A DNA stretch of 63,246 nt, filler included, from Octopus bimaculoides (taxonomy: Eukaryota): assembly GCF_001194135.2 (NCBI RefSeq). It is 5 parts of 5 records of this genome, joined end to end, with 100 filler letters (N's around TTAATTAATTAA, not from the genome) between each part and the next. Parts side by side here need not be neighbours in the genome. Positions count along the whole stretch, not along the records: positions 33,235 to 44,332 come from NC_068989.1; positions 44,433 to 61,658 come from NC_068988.1; 3 more parts are not named here. One strand, given 5' to 3'. A program made the translations under genes and the position numbers. The notes under the pieces are model-generated. The model searched no databases and had not been told where the DNA came from. It saw only the letters and a program-made list of their open reading frames with translations. Shown here in pieces: positions 41,128-53,388 of the stretch. Each line of letters starts with the position of its first letter. Positions within the stretch are counted from its first letter, which is position 1.

Positions 41128-41339
41128 ATTAAAAATAAGGTAGATAATCAATCTTCTACATGTTTAAAGTATGAGTTGATTCCCTTTAAATGAAGGTGAA
41201 GCCATTAGGAAGGACATGTGACGTCATTGACAAAGATGGAGCAGTGTAGGTCTGTTCTTCTACCATGTGGACAAGTGCTGGTTAACTTTTTAAACTGTCA
41301 CCTTCAGCATTTCAATTTATCCGCTCTACAGCGGTGACT

Positions 41340-41665
41340 TAAACATCTCATAGCGTTTTTGTTTTTTTTTTCTTACCGTTATGCGACGATTTCGAGTTGC
41401 TGTTGTCAACGAGTTCCTTATGTAACTACTTTCACATCCTCAAACAAAAAATATTCCAACTTCACACGTGTATTTATATTTTGGATTGCAGATTCGGAAT
41501 TTGAAAATTATTTTCCTATTAAATATATGATATCGACGACCAGTAAAGTACTCCAACCGATCCTCGAAATAAATCTACGGACGAAGGATACGCTGATTAT
41601 TGACAAACGTAGTTTTTCCAGCCGTGTATCTTTCAAAAGAACCAAAAATCTGACCTGACCTGACC
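41340..41665. promoter_or_regulatory. Probable PPTC7 promoter/5' UTR, possibly bidirectional
   Basis: CpG-retaining segment directly upstream of the ATG, between CpG-depleted flanks. Minus-strand donor ACG|GTAAGA at 41377/41376. (CTGAC)3 immediately before the ATG. Confidence 0.55.
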
Positions 41666-41891
41666 ATGCAGTCGGTAACCCTTTACGGAAGACTTCTAGC
41701 CAGAGCTTTTATTACTGGTTTTCACAATGAGTACCAACTGAAGGCCCGTGAGAAACCACAAGAACTTCATTTAGTAACGGGTGCTTCTGGTTTTTCAAAA
41801 TCTACTAGGCCCAAATCTGAGTTGTTACGCAAATGGACTTTTGGCGATGATGCTTTCTTTATTGCTAGGAATAAAGTAGCTGATGTTATAG
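41666..41891 (+). CDS. PPTC7: First coding exon of protein phosphatase PTC7 homolog (mitochondrial PP2C-like phosphatase)
   Basis: Translation MQSVTLYGRLLARAFITG...LHLVTGASGFSK...FGDDAFFIARNKVADVI(G) matches the recalled human PPTC7 N-terminus (MFSVLSYGRLVARAVLGG...YGLVTAGCGFGK...YGDDACFVARHRSADVLG). ATG context is accATG. A strong phase-1 donor AG|GTGAGT follows at 41891/41892. The expected next exon (GVADGVGGW...) was not found in the window. Confidence 0.93.
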
Positions 41892-44075
41892 GTGAGTTTC
41901 ATATTTAATTTAACGAACACAAATATACTTACTCAGGGTTTTATATTGACAAACTCATTAATATTCGATCCCTTTTTTGTTTTTAGTGTCTCTGTGTTGC
42001 CGTTCATGTGAAATCGTTGTCAAAATACCCTTGTAATTTGACATGTCCTCTATGAATGTCACTTTACGTAACTTATATTTATTGTCTCTTCACAATATTA
42101 TTAATAAATTGCTTATTGTATGAATACATGTAAAAGCTAATATTGTTTAATTTCAGCTTAATCTCACCTAATTGGCACCGTCTTCTTTATCGCTACTTAT
42201 TTTTACCTGGTACGTAGTTAAATAATCGAGGGTGTGTAATTATTTATCCTCAATGCTTTCGTTTTAATATTTTCTTTCCTTGAGTGAAGTTGATGTCAGC
42301 TCGGATCCACTTCAGAGCGTGGCTTGCTAAGTTTTTCTAGGAAATAAGTTCGATTATACCATCATCACCAACATCATCATCATCATCACCAGCATCATCA
42401 TCGGCATCACCATCATAATTTTATTAGTGTTTACGTGTATCTCCTCTCCACCCCTTCTTTGCTTGTTTTGATCAGTTTTCGTTATTCGTTGTTCAATTTT
42501 AAGTAATTGCTTATATTTAAAAAAAAAATCAACAACAAACGAACACTTTTTTCACATTAACATATGTAAACAGAATTTATTTTAGGTTTAATTTCTGTTT
42601 TTTTCATACATAGTTACTAATCTGAAAGAAGTAATCAGTGACTGGAAATATTGATCGATTCTTTGATAAAAGCTGAAACTTCATTTGAGGATGGTGATGG
42701 TCGTGGCGTCGTAAATTATTTCTTTTGATAAGCGTGAGGCCAATTATTGAACAGAAGGGATAATGGGAAATTAAATCAACCTCACTGTTTTTTAGGGTGC
42801 TTATATATATCGATAGTAAAGGGTTAATTAAAGTCTGCTCTTGGTAGATTCGGACTCGGTATGTGGAGGCCGAAAAAACCAGAGTTCAAATCCTGTTCGA
42901 GTTGATTCTGAATGTGGATTTTGAGAAGTTTAATGTATTTCTTCTGAATATATCTCTCTGGCAGTCGTGTATGTGAAGGTAATAATAATAATAAAGTTAC
43001 GAAAGGTCACTAATCACTGAAGTATATATATATATAAACGGAATCAATGCGAAATCATCTGCTTCTAAACCAGCTTTATTGATTTTCTTCCTAGCTAAAC
43101 CAAAACGTGAGTTATCATAGTTCTTCTCTACATATTATTCGTAAAGTCCAAATATACCACAGTAGTTTTTTGTAAAAGCTACAATTATCGGCGGAGTTTC
43201 GGAATAGCTGTCGAGAGATTAAACTGAACTTTTTTATTTTTGCTTTTTATTTCTTTATTTGTTTATTCAAAGAAAGGTATTTCCCCGTCAATGAGAGGTG
43301 TGTCTGCATCGTCATCAGACTGCCAAGACGTAATATGAATAATACACAAGTGGAGTCGGAGGAAACTAGCAATATTCTTTGCGTCGAATCTATTCCCACC
43401 TCAATAGTTACATAAGTTCCTGGGACGAGATTGGTTTTGATGTTTCTTTCTTTTTTTTTTTTTACGCAGTGCCCTTCTTCGTAATGTGATTATATTTTCT
43501 ATATTTCATACATCGAGATATTTAAAAACTGAACTAAAAATAATAGTAATTACACTAAAAATATCATAAATGTATATGTGAGAGTGCGCATTTAAAACTA
43601 TTCGCACGTCGAACCCAGACGTAGATTTGTTTAAAAAGAAAGAAAAAAGATCTGTNNNNNNNNNNACATGCTTGCTGTTTAGGTCGTGTGTGTGTGTGTA
43701 GTAAACAAAGATTTAATGCCGATTTCAGAATACATTGCGCACCCCCCTCTCTCTCTCTCCACAGACACATATACATCCTCTCTCTCTCTCTCCATATATA
43801 TATATATATATATTAATAATATCAAGAGTAATGAGAAATATTAGAAATTTCTACTACCAGTGGCCTAGCGTGTAAAATTTAGTCAATAGACTATTTATTA
43901 CTCATATATATTTCTTTATTGCCCACAGGGGGCTAAACACTGAGGGGACAAACAAAGACAGACAAATAGATTAAGTCGATTACATCGACCCCTGTGCGTA
44001 ACTGGTACTTAATTTATCGACCCCGAAAGGATGCAAGGCTAAGTTATATAAATACAGTGTACATTTAAACACATA

Positions 44076-44329
44076 AGAGGCATCCATCATAGGATTCCTT
44101 GCACGCTAGAAAGACCAGTTAAATTCCAAACGACTATTTAGGGATAAGACTTCGAAGGGAATGAAAAATAAAAACATTTACCATCTAACTCCTAGAATAA
44201 GCCTGAAACCATTGGTCCAGGAGTTAGATGGTAAATGTTTTTATTTTTCATTCCCTTCGAAGTTTTATCCACAAATAGTGGTTTTGGAATTTAACTGTTC
44301 TTTCTAGCGTGCAAGGAATGGATGCCTCT
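44076..44329. repeat. Long foldback inverted repeat (arms ~110-118 bp, loop ~25 nt)
   Basis: 44076-44193 is near-complementary to 44219-44329. Confidence 0.9.
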
Positions 44330-44332
44330 CGT

Positions 44333-44432
44333 NNNNNNNNNNNNNNNNNNNNNNNNNNNNNNNNNNNNNNNNNNNNTTAATTAATTAANNNNNNNNNNNN
44401 NNNNNNNNNNNNNNNNNNNNNNNNNNNNNNNN
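44333..44432. other. Synthetic scaffold linker
   Basis: N44-TTAATTAATTAA-N44. Confidence 0.95.
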
Positions 44433-44532
44433 AGGGGTTTGTGTTTTATCTACCTTCCTACTTATTAGGATTTTGGTTTTAGCTAGGTTGACTCTAAGGC
44501 CCTTCAATTCTAGTCCTTGCTTCCACACCTGA

Positions 44533-44726
44533 AACCCCCCAACATCGCTTGACAACCGATGCTGGTGTGTTTACGTCCCTGTAACTTAGCAGTTCAGCAA
44601 AAGAGACCGATAGAATAAGTACTAGGCTTACAAAGAATAAGTCCTAGGGTCGATTTGCTCAACTAAAGGTGGTGTTCCAGCATGGCCACAGTCAAATGAC
44701 TGAAACAAGTAAAAGAGTAAAAGAGT
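44533..44726 (+). mobile_element. SINE family A tail half
   Basis: catcgcttgacaaccgatgctggtgtg...aagtaaaagagt; several CpG-to-TpG/CpA changes. Confidence 0.8.
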
Positions 44727-45376
44727 TATCATTATTAGAATCATTGCCAATTTGAGATTTTAGCATTCAAACTGACCTTGTCTGGTTGAAATATTTTACC
44801 TGTTTTATGTTCAAGCCAGCTAGATCTGACCTCTTGCACCTACCCTACAATGTTGCTCCTAAAAATACACAATCATGTCATTGAAATATCGAACTTATGT
44901 GATAATGCATAATTAATTCAAAATAATGGGAATAAATAAACATTACATTTGACAGAGTAATCTCAGTGTCAAATGGTCAAGGAATGGACATCCTATGCAG
45001 TTGCCCAAGGGGTCCACAAATTTAGGGATCCAGTGCTAAATTATATATACTGTGGCCGTGAGTGTAATGGACCTAATGCATTGCTCTAACTGGAAGTTTT
45101 TAATGCTGCGAAGACAAACCTGGACTAAATTGGAAATTTAACAAAGGAATTCAAAAAAGAAAAAAGGATTTCCTGCAACAGCATTTTGCTCAGATCTACT
45201 CATTATGAAAAACAAAAAAAACGGTAAGTAAAAAAAAAAGAAAAAATATATTATAAAGGAGTGGAAAACATGAAAAAAATTTCTCCATTATAAGGCAAGG
45301 TGTGAATTATTTCTTGGTAACAAAATTTCTAAACATGAAGCAAAAAAAAAAGGAAAAGATTCTTCCTTTGTGTGCA

Positions 45377-45463
<87 letters not shown>

Positions 45464-46024
45464 TACACACACATACACATACACACATACACACACAAAC
45501 ACACATACACACACAAACACACATACACACACACAAAATATACACATGTACAAGCAAAATGTGGGGCCAAATCAGTCTAAGAAGGCAGTAACTATCAAAA
45601 AGAACCAACTCAGGCCAGAAATGAAGGCAAGACCATTATTGAAACTATATGCACATCCCATCAATTCTATCAAATAAACAAAACTCTCTGACCCTTTATG
45701 CTTTTCGTATTCATTACTTTCTATTTAACAGTGACTACTTCTGCTACCAACAACAGATTCCTGTCTTTAGACAGATAGCATGTGTGTCATATAGAGAGAT
45801 ATAGTTTATATACATTCTTTTATTATTAAATGGTAGAAATTACAGAGTGACTCAGGGGTTTAAAGTTTCATGCAGTGGCACTAACCAAACTCTGATATCT
45901 TTTGCTGATTAATAACGTAAAAAATAAATATATATATTCATATTTTGAATTCTATTTTCCCAGATATATATGACCAAACCTGTATATTAAATATAAATAT
46001 AAATAATATATATATATATATGTA

Positions 46025-46247
46025 CAGTAATCCCACACGATACCGTGGTTCACCTATCGCACAGTCAGTACATCACGGTTCACCTATCATGTACTCAGTA
46101 CATCACGGAGTTTTCTGGCCGATATATGAAAATTTATATCGCGGATTCCTCGGTATATCTGGATTTCTGCAGCTGATATTTTTTTAGATTTTTATTATTT
46201 GTGTGGGAGGTTTTGGAATGTAACATCCGCAATAGTCGAGGGATTAC

Positions 46248-46249
<2 letters not shown>
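46025..46249. mobile_element. Tc1/mariner-superfamily (pogo/Tigger-like) MITE
   Basis: TA|CAGTAATCCC ... GGGATTACTG termini; internal ~27-bp tandem duplication. Confidence 0.65.
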
Positions 46250-46302
<53 letters not shown>

Positions 46303-46323
46303 ATGCAGAACAGTTAAATTATA

Positions 46324-46697
46324 GGTGCAGGAGTGGCTGTGTGGTAAGTAGCTTGCTTACCAACCACATGGTTCCGGGTTCACTCCCACTGCATGCCACC
46401 TTGGGCAAGTGTCTTCTACTATAGCCTCGGGCCGACCAAAGCCTTGTGAGTAGACGGAAACTGAAAGAAGCCCGTCGTATATATCTATATATATATATAT
46501 ATATATATATTTAACAGTGTGTGCATATGTTTATGTGTTTGTGTTTGTCCCCCCAAGATCGCTTGACAACCGATGGTGGTGTGTTTACGTCCCCGTAACT
46601 TAGCGGTTCAGCAAAAGAGATCAATAGAATAAGTAATAGGCTTACAAAGAATAAGTCCTGGGGTCGATTTGACTGAAACAAGTAAAAGAATAAAGAG
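46324..46697 (+). mobile_element. SINE family A
   Basis: Head, CORE-like block, (TA)n and tail all present. Confidence 0.88.
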
Positions 46698-46715
46698 TAT
46701 ATATACATACATATA

Positions 46716-46776
<61 letters not shown>

Positions 46777-47789
46777 CATATATATAAATCATATATATAA
46801 ATCATATATATATGTATATATATAGATAAATTGCCAGATAGATAGATATAGATTTCAAAATGTATAGATAGACAGAGAGGTATATAAATAGTAATACTTA
46901 CATAATACCATTTCTTATACTTAGAGCTTAAAACACAAAAGACAACAAGAAACTAGAACAACTGCGACGACAGTATCAAGGACAAATATGAAACTATGAG
47001 CAAAGTGTGTTATGTTACATAAGGCAGCACCATAGAATATTCATATATGTATCATTATCCGTCTGGATGTGACAACACCATACCTACAGATATTGAATCA
47101 ATGAAGGGAAGATGAAGATGAGGAAGAGGAGGAAGTGAAGAAAAGAGAAGGGGGGGGGGTGTTGGAGGGGAATGGAAAGGGGAACAGCAGTAATAACAAC
47201 AACAACAGCTATAATAACAAGTAGAACAACAATAACAGCTGAATTGAAATGAATGGAGGTGGCAGTTAGAATACATGTGGCAGAACAGTTAAATTATCCG
47301 CCAAAATTTGTACAAGATTGTATTACCAAATTCAAGACACTTCCATCTCCCCCATTGCTATATNNNNNNNNNNNNNNNNNNNNNNNNNNNNNNNNNNNNN
47401 NNNNNNNNNNNNNNNNNNNNNNNNNNNNNNNNNNNNNNNNNNNNNNNNNNNNNNNNNNNNNNNNNNNNNNNNNNNNNNNNNNNNNNNNNNNNNNNNNNNN
47501 NNNNNNNNNNNNNNNNNNNNNNNNNNNNNNNNNNNNNNNNNNNNNNNNNNNNNNNNNNNNNNNNNNNNNNNNNNNNNNNNNNNNNNNNNNNNNNNNNNNN
47601 NNNNNNNNNNNNNNNNNNNNNNNNNNNNNNNNNNNNNNNNNNNNNNNNNNNNNNNNNNNNNNNNNNNNNNNNNCAACATACTGAAAGGAATCAGTAGTTC
47701 TTTGACTGCTATTTCTAAATTTTCAGTATGTTGGAGAAGCAACTCAATTGCTAATCCCTGTATATTTATAATGATATATATATATATAT

Positions 47790-47828
<39 letters not shown>

Positions 47829-47830
47829 TT

Positions 47831-48088
47831 CTCTTTTACTTGCTTCAGTCATTTGACTGCGGCCATGATGGAGCACCGCCTTTAGTCGAACTGATTGGCC
47901 CTAGAACTTATTCTTTGCAAGTCTAGTACTTATTCTATCGGTCTCTTTAGGTTGAACCACTAAGTTACGGGGATGTAAACACACCAACGTCGATTGTCAA
48001 GTGATGGTGGTGGGGACAAACATAGGCACACAAATACATACCTACACACATACACACACATATATATATATGACAGGCTTCTTTCAGC
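47831..48088 (-). mobile_element. SINE family A, tail half
   Basis: Reverse complement of the tail at 46530-46690. Confidence 0.8.
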
Positions 48089-48095
48089 TTCTTAT

Positions 48096-48318
48096 TTCTT
48101 TATTGCCCACAAGGGGCTAAACATAGAGGGGACAAACAAAGACAGACAAAGGGATTAAGTCGATTACATCGACCCCAGTGCGTAACTGGTACTTAATTTA
48201 TCGACCCCGAAAGGATGAAAGGCAAAGTCGACTTCGACGGAATTTGAACTCAGAACGTAACGGCAGATGAAATACCGCTAAGCATCTCACCTGGTGTGCT
48301 AACGTTTCTGCCAGCTCA
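48096..48318 (-). mobile_element. SINE family B
   Basis: Reverse complement of the 7913 element; another partial copy at 43905-44040. Confidence 0.85.
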
Positions 48319-48765
48319 CCACTTTCCATGCTAGCGTGGGTTAGACAGTTTGACTGGAACTGGTAAGCTGGAGAGCTGCACCAGGTTCCAGCTTGATTTG
48401 GTGTTCCTAATGCCAACCACTCTGAGAGGGTGCTTTTTACATGCCACCGACACAGATGCCATTTACATAAAACCATTACAAGCCACAACTACAATTTCAC
48501 AGGTGTCATTTACCTGATGCCGGCAATGGCTACAATTATGATTACACCTGGGCTGATGAGACACACACATAAACACACACATATATATATGCATACACAT
48601 ACACACACACACACATCGAATCTCTTCCTATTATTTTTTCTTTCTGATATAACCAATTTCTTTTTCTTTCACTCCCATTTTCATCATCATCATCATCATC
48701 ATCATCACTGTCATCACCTGTTTAGTTTTACTCACAAATTAAATCTCACAAGTAACCTAATTTGA

Positions 48766-48819
<54 letters not shown>

Positions 48820-49243
48820 ACATACACACACACATTAACACTTCCATAGAAATATGTGACAAAAAAGTCAACTTTTATTTACTAAATTATCTAAATAATT
48901 TTAAAACAAATCACCTTATTAAACTGACCATTGATAAATTCTTTGATAAAAATCACATTATCATAAAAGATCTATATTCCTTCGACAAAACATAAATATC
49001 ACATATATATACAAGACAAATCAATTTTTTTCCCCCTCTAAGCATGAAAACTGAACTTTCTGTAAAATAAATTCTGAATCTCTTCAAATTATCCCCCCTT
49101 TTCTTTCGTAGTCACTATCACTAGGCTTTTGTTTATTTTCTCCAACAAAAAGGTAAATTTCAATTTGCTCGGAATTTTTTCATACATCATTCTAGTATAT
49201 TGCTAAGCAGCTGAATATAAACATCATACACACATGGCTACAA

Positions 49244-49282
<39 letters not shown>

Positions 49283-49540
49283 GAGCAAATAATTCACAAG
49301 AAAAATAGTTTACAAAAAAATAATTTGTGAAGATACCATTGACTCTGTTATTATCAAGAGTAACAATCTAANNNNNNNNNNNNNNNNNNNNNNNNNNNNN
49401 NNNNNNNNNNNNNNNNNNNNNNNNNNNNNNNNNNNNNNNNNNNNNNNNNNNNNNNNNNNNNNNNNNNNNNNNNNNNNNNNNNNNNNNNNNNNNNNNNNNN
49501 NNNNNNNNNNNNNNNNNNNNNNNNNNATATATATATAATA

Positions 49541-49976
49541 GGCGAAGGAGTGGCTGTGTGGTAAGTCGCTCGCTTACCAACCACATGGTTCTGCGTTCAG
49601 TCCCACTGCATGGCACCTTGGCCAAGTGTCTTCTACTATAGCCTCGGGCTGACAAAAGAATTGTGAGTGGATTTGGTAGACGGAAACTGAAAGAAGCCTG
49701 TCGTATATATGTATATATGTATGTATGTATGTATGTATATATATATATATGTGTGTGTGTGTGTTTGTGTACCTGTGTTTGTCCCCCCACCATCGCTTAA
49801 CAACTGATGCTGGTGTGTTTATGTCCCTGTAACTTAGCAGTCCGGCAAAAAGAGACCAATAGAATAAGTACTAGGCTTACAAAGAATAAGTCCTGGGGTC
49901 GATTTTCTCGACTAAAAGGCAGTGCTCCAGCATGGCTGCAGTCAAATGACTGAAACAAGTAAAAGAGTAAAGAGTA
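49541..49976 (+). mobile_element. SINE family A
   Basis: Full head-microsatellite-tail layout, CpG-depleted. Confidence 0.85.
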
Positions 49977-51125
49977 AATATATATTTGAAAGTCTATGAG
50001 AATTACTTAATGCAATTTTGAAGTGTAAAGGTGAATTTGTTTTAAAATTATTTTTTTTAAAAAATGTTATAAAATCTTTTATCAGGATGTTACTAACCTT
50101 TTTTGGGAAGAAGTTTTTTACCAAATGTGTGAGCACTTGCAATTAACCTTCACATATGTACACACGCATATATGGCAACTATACGCACTTGTGTACCTAA
50201 CACAAGGCAGCACCACTTTTACATGTTTATTTCCACCCGTACAACACCCTCGTTCTCACAACCTTGGCAGCATGTCTCTATATTTCCCCTGCCAACCACC
50301 TACACAACGAGCCAACAAAACAAACACTTCTACCTATTTCTATGGTACCTGATTATTTTAATTCAATTTTCTGTAGAGACGGAAAGTGAGAGAGAAAGCG
50401 AAACGATTACACACACACACACGCACACACACATATATACATTTGTATACATATATATATAGATATATATACATATATATACATATGCATACACAGACAC
50501 ACAGACACACATCTGTTTCTTCCTATTACTTTCTTTTTGTCTATTGACAAAAGGTAGTAGATATTATATACAGAATCATATCTCTATGTATTTAGCCATG
50601 CTGTGAATATTAAGCCCATGGGATTTTTGTTTCAACACCTTGAAACAAGGATCAAAGCAGCTGTTTTCACTCTCTTTACAGCTCATCAGGGCCCACTTAC
50701 CTTTCCGCATAAAAATTCAGTTATGAAATAATGGAAGATTACTTATTAAAATGTAAATGAAACTGCATGAGTCATAACTCAATTATGATGAGATAATAAA
50801 TTTACTCCAAGGATTTATTTGAAAATGTACCCTACAGACATAGCACAGGTAACAGCCAGGACTAGACAAAAAGAAAAAAAAATTTCATTGAGAGCACTAA
50901 TTCATTCATTTATAAGAAAGATGAATCATTAGAGCCAAATTACAGCAAATTCCATACCACCAATCACTTCATGGTATGAAGCTTGCTTCCCAACCACATG
51001 GTTCCAGGTTCAGTCCCACTGTATGACACTTTCAGCAATTGTCTTCTATGATAGCCATGGGCCAATCAAAGCCTTGTGAGTGGATTTGGTAGATGGAAAC
51101 TGAAAGAAGCCTGTTGTATATATAA

Positions 51126-51315
51126 TATTGGGGTCGCAAGAAAGTAATTTCAGTTATTTAGTGTGAAATAAAAGTCACCTTTTTCATACAAAGAATGAAC
51201 TTTAATCAATTATATATTTTCCATTTTGTTCGATGACCTTTTGCCATCTTTCAGGCAACTTCATGATTCCACACTCAGAACTTCTGGTCCTTATCAGCCA
51301 AAAGCTGAAGTAAGT
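51126..51315 (-). mobile_element. Mariner 3' end with TIR
   Basis: GIMKLPERWQKVIEQNGKYIID* followed by a TIR-like ATTGGGGTCGCAAGAAAGTAATT end. Confidence 0.8.
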
Positions 51316-53353
51316 GTGATTTCTGGTTATCATCATTATTGAAAGTTTTACCATTCAAAGAACTATTAAACATCCTATTTTTCCATGCTGGTATGAGTTG
51401 GTAGTGGGTAGCAATTTTCTTCACTACTTCAGGGAGTGACGACCCTGCCTGACATGAGTCCCGGGCTCAGCTGGCTCCGTCTGACAGTACCCGGTATGGG
51501 CCCCTATCCAGTGAGTCATCATCATCATCATCATCATCAATTCATTGATGGTTTTTCGAGGCAGATTTTCTATAGCTGGATGCCCTTCCTGTACCCAACC
51601 CTCACCAGTTACCAAGCAAGGTAATATTTTGCCAATAGCCAGAGATGTTTTCACAGGATATTGGAAATGAATGACACTGCTTGTATGACAGTGACACTCA
51701 TTCACAACAGTCATGCAATGTCTAAACAAGGACACACACACACACACACACACACAGATGACAGGCTATAGGAGACGCTTGTCCAAAATACCATGCTTAA
51801 AGACTGAACCCGGAGTCATGTGGTTGGAAAGCAGACTTCTTAGCTACATAGCCATACCCTACCTTCTGATTATTAGCAAAACAAGATAGTCATTGTGTGG
51901 CTGAAGTGGCAACAGCTGTACCAAGTTTGCTGTGGTGACTGCAAGGATAATAAAAGAAAATAAAAAAATGCAACAGTGTGGACCCCAAAACTCCGGATAT
52001 TCTTTGGTAATCAATGCTACAGAACAGCACAACAGCATGACAGCCACACAACAGTGCAACAGCAACACAACAGGAATGATGCTGCTGAAATGTGCTGAAA
52101 TCTTTGTGATTTACAGTACAAATTAGAGCAGGTTAATTCAGTTCTGTCTGACTTTATAGGATGTATTATATAAAGCAATGAGGTACTATTCTCTACGTGG
52201 TTAGAAAAATGAGCAGCTGTAGTCTGATGAAACAGAAAAAAATGCTAAAAGTAGTCAGGCCAGTCTCTTTATTATATTTTTTATTTTGTTTTAATTTTTT
52301 TCTGATCACAAAGACACAAAACACGATGTTTAAGCATAGAAAATATTTTTCATAGTAAGGCTAAAAATGTGTTTACTATAAACCACATTTCTAACTTCCG
52401 TCTCTTTCTCACTTTCTCTCTCTCTCTCTGGATGTTCAAACAGGACAAAGGTACTCAATACATGTACTAGAGTTTATTTATTTATTCAAATGTGATGATC
52501 CATTTCATCAGATTTGCAAGTTTGTTGCCCCAGTGCACGTGTTATTGTGAAAGCAGCTGTTGATATGCTTTGTGAAAAATCACATAACAAAGGTAACAAA
52601 CCCAGGGCAGAGAAGACAGAGTGAATCATCTTCTATTGAATATATATGTAAATATTATATTAGAGATAAGCAACAATTAATGACTGCAAAAGAACAAACA
52701 AGTTCACTGAGAGAACTAGAACCCTAGAACCATCAAGCTATGTGTCTATTGTTTGTTTACTGAATGACTGTATTAATGAATACAATACAGTACACATCTT
52801 GGTAAAGAAAGACAACTTAACTAAGGATCAATAAAGGAAGCGCCAGACAAATTATTAGGGTTAACATATTCAACTAAACCCCTCTGAAAGTAGGGTCCTA
52901 GTATGTCCATTCCAGGTTGTTGAGCCAGGTCTCAGGTTGATAATACCTTCCTCCCTTTCTTCTTCCCTACCACTAATATGGGAAGCCCAGTAAAGGGCCA
53001 TGAACACTGCATTCTCTTCTGACTAAAAGATATAAAAGTGTTAAAGCAGAGATGTACGGCAAAATATTTAAAAAAGTTAATGGAGAAGATAACTTTCATA
53101 CATCATTGGGAACACCAAATTTAGGGCACTTGCTTAATGTGTCTCAGAGTTCAAAATTGTATTTTTTTCAAAGGCTTGCTTATCTTTAAATTCTAGTTGA
53201 TAAAAAAGGTAGCTCATGCCAAGCGTGATGGGCCACACTTTGTCTATGACTGGTCTATGTCATTCCTCAAACTGTTAGAAATAGCAGGAAATCTCCCACA
53301 AACCACTCCCTACCGTCTTAAAAGATACAGTTTCCTGTCATCATTGGTTTGCT

Positions 53354-53388
<35 letters not shown>

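Noticed and set aside
41359-41658. 99-aa ORF upstream of PPTC7
   Set aside because: Starts at a non-ATG codon in a T-run, has no homology, and overlaps the promoter/5' UTR.
52480-52520. Minus-strand CTGATGA-aatg..catt-TGAAT
   Set aside because: GAAA is not intact; no stem III or stem I.
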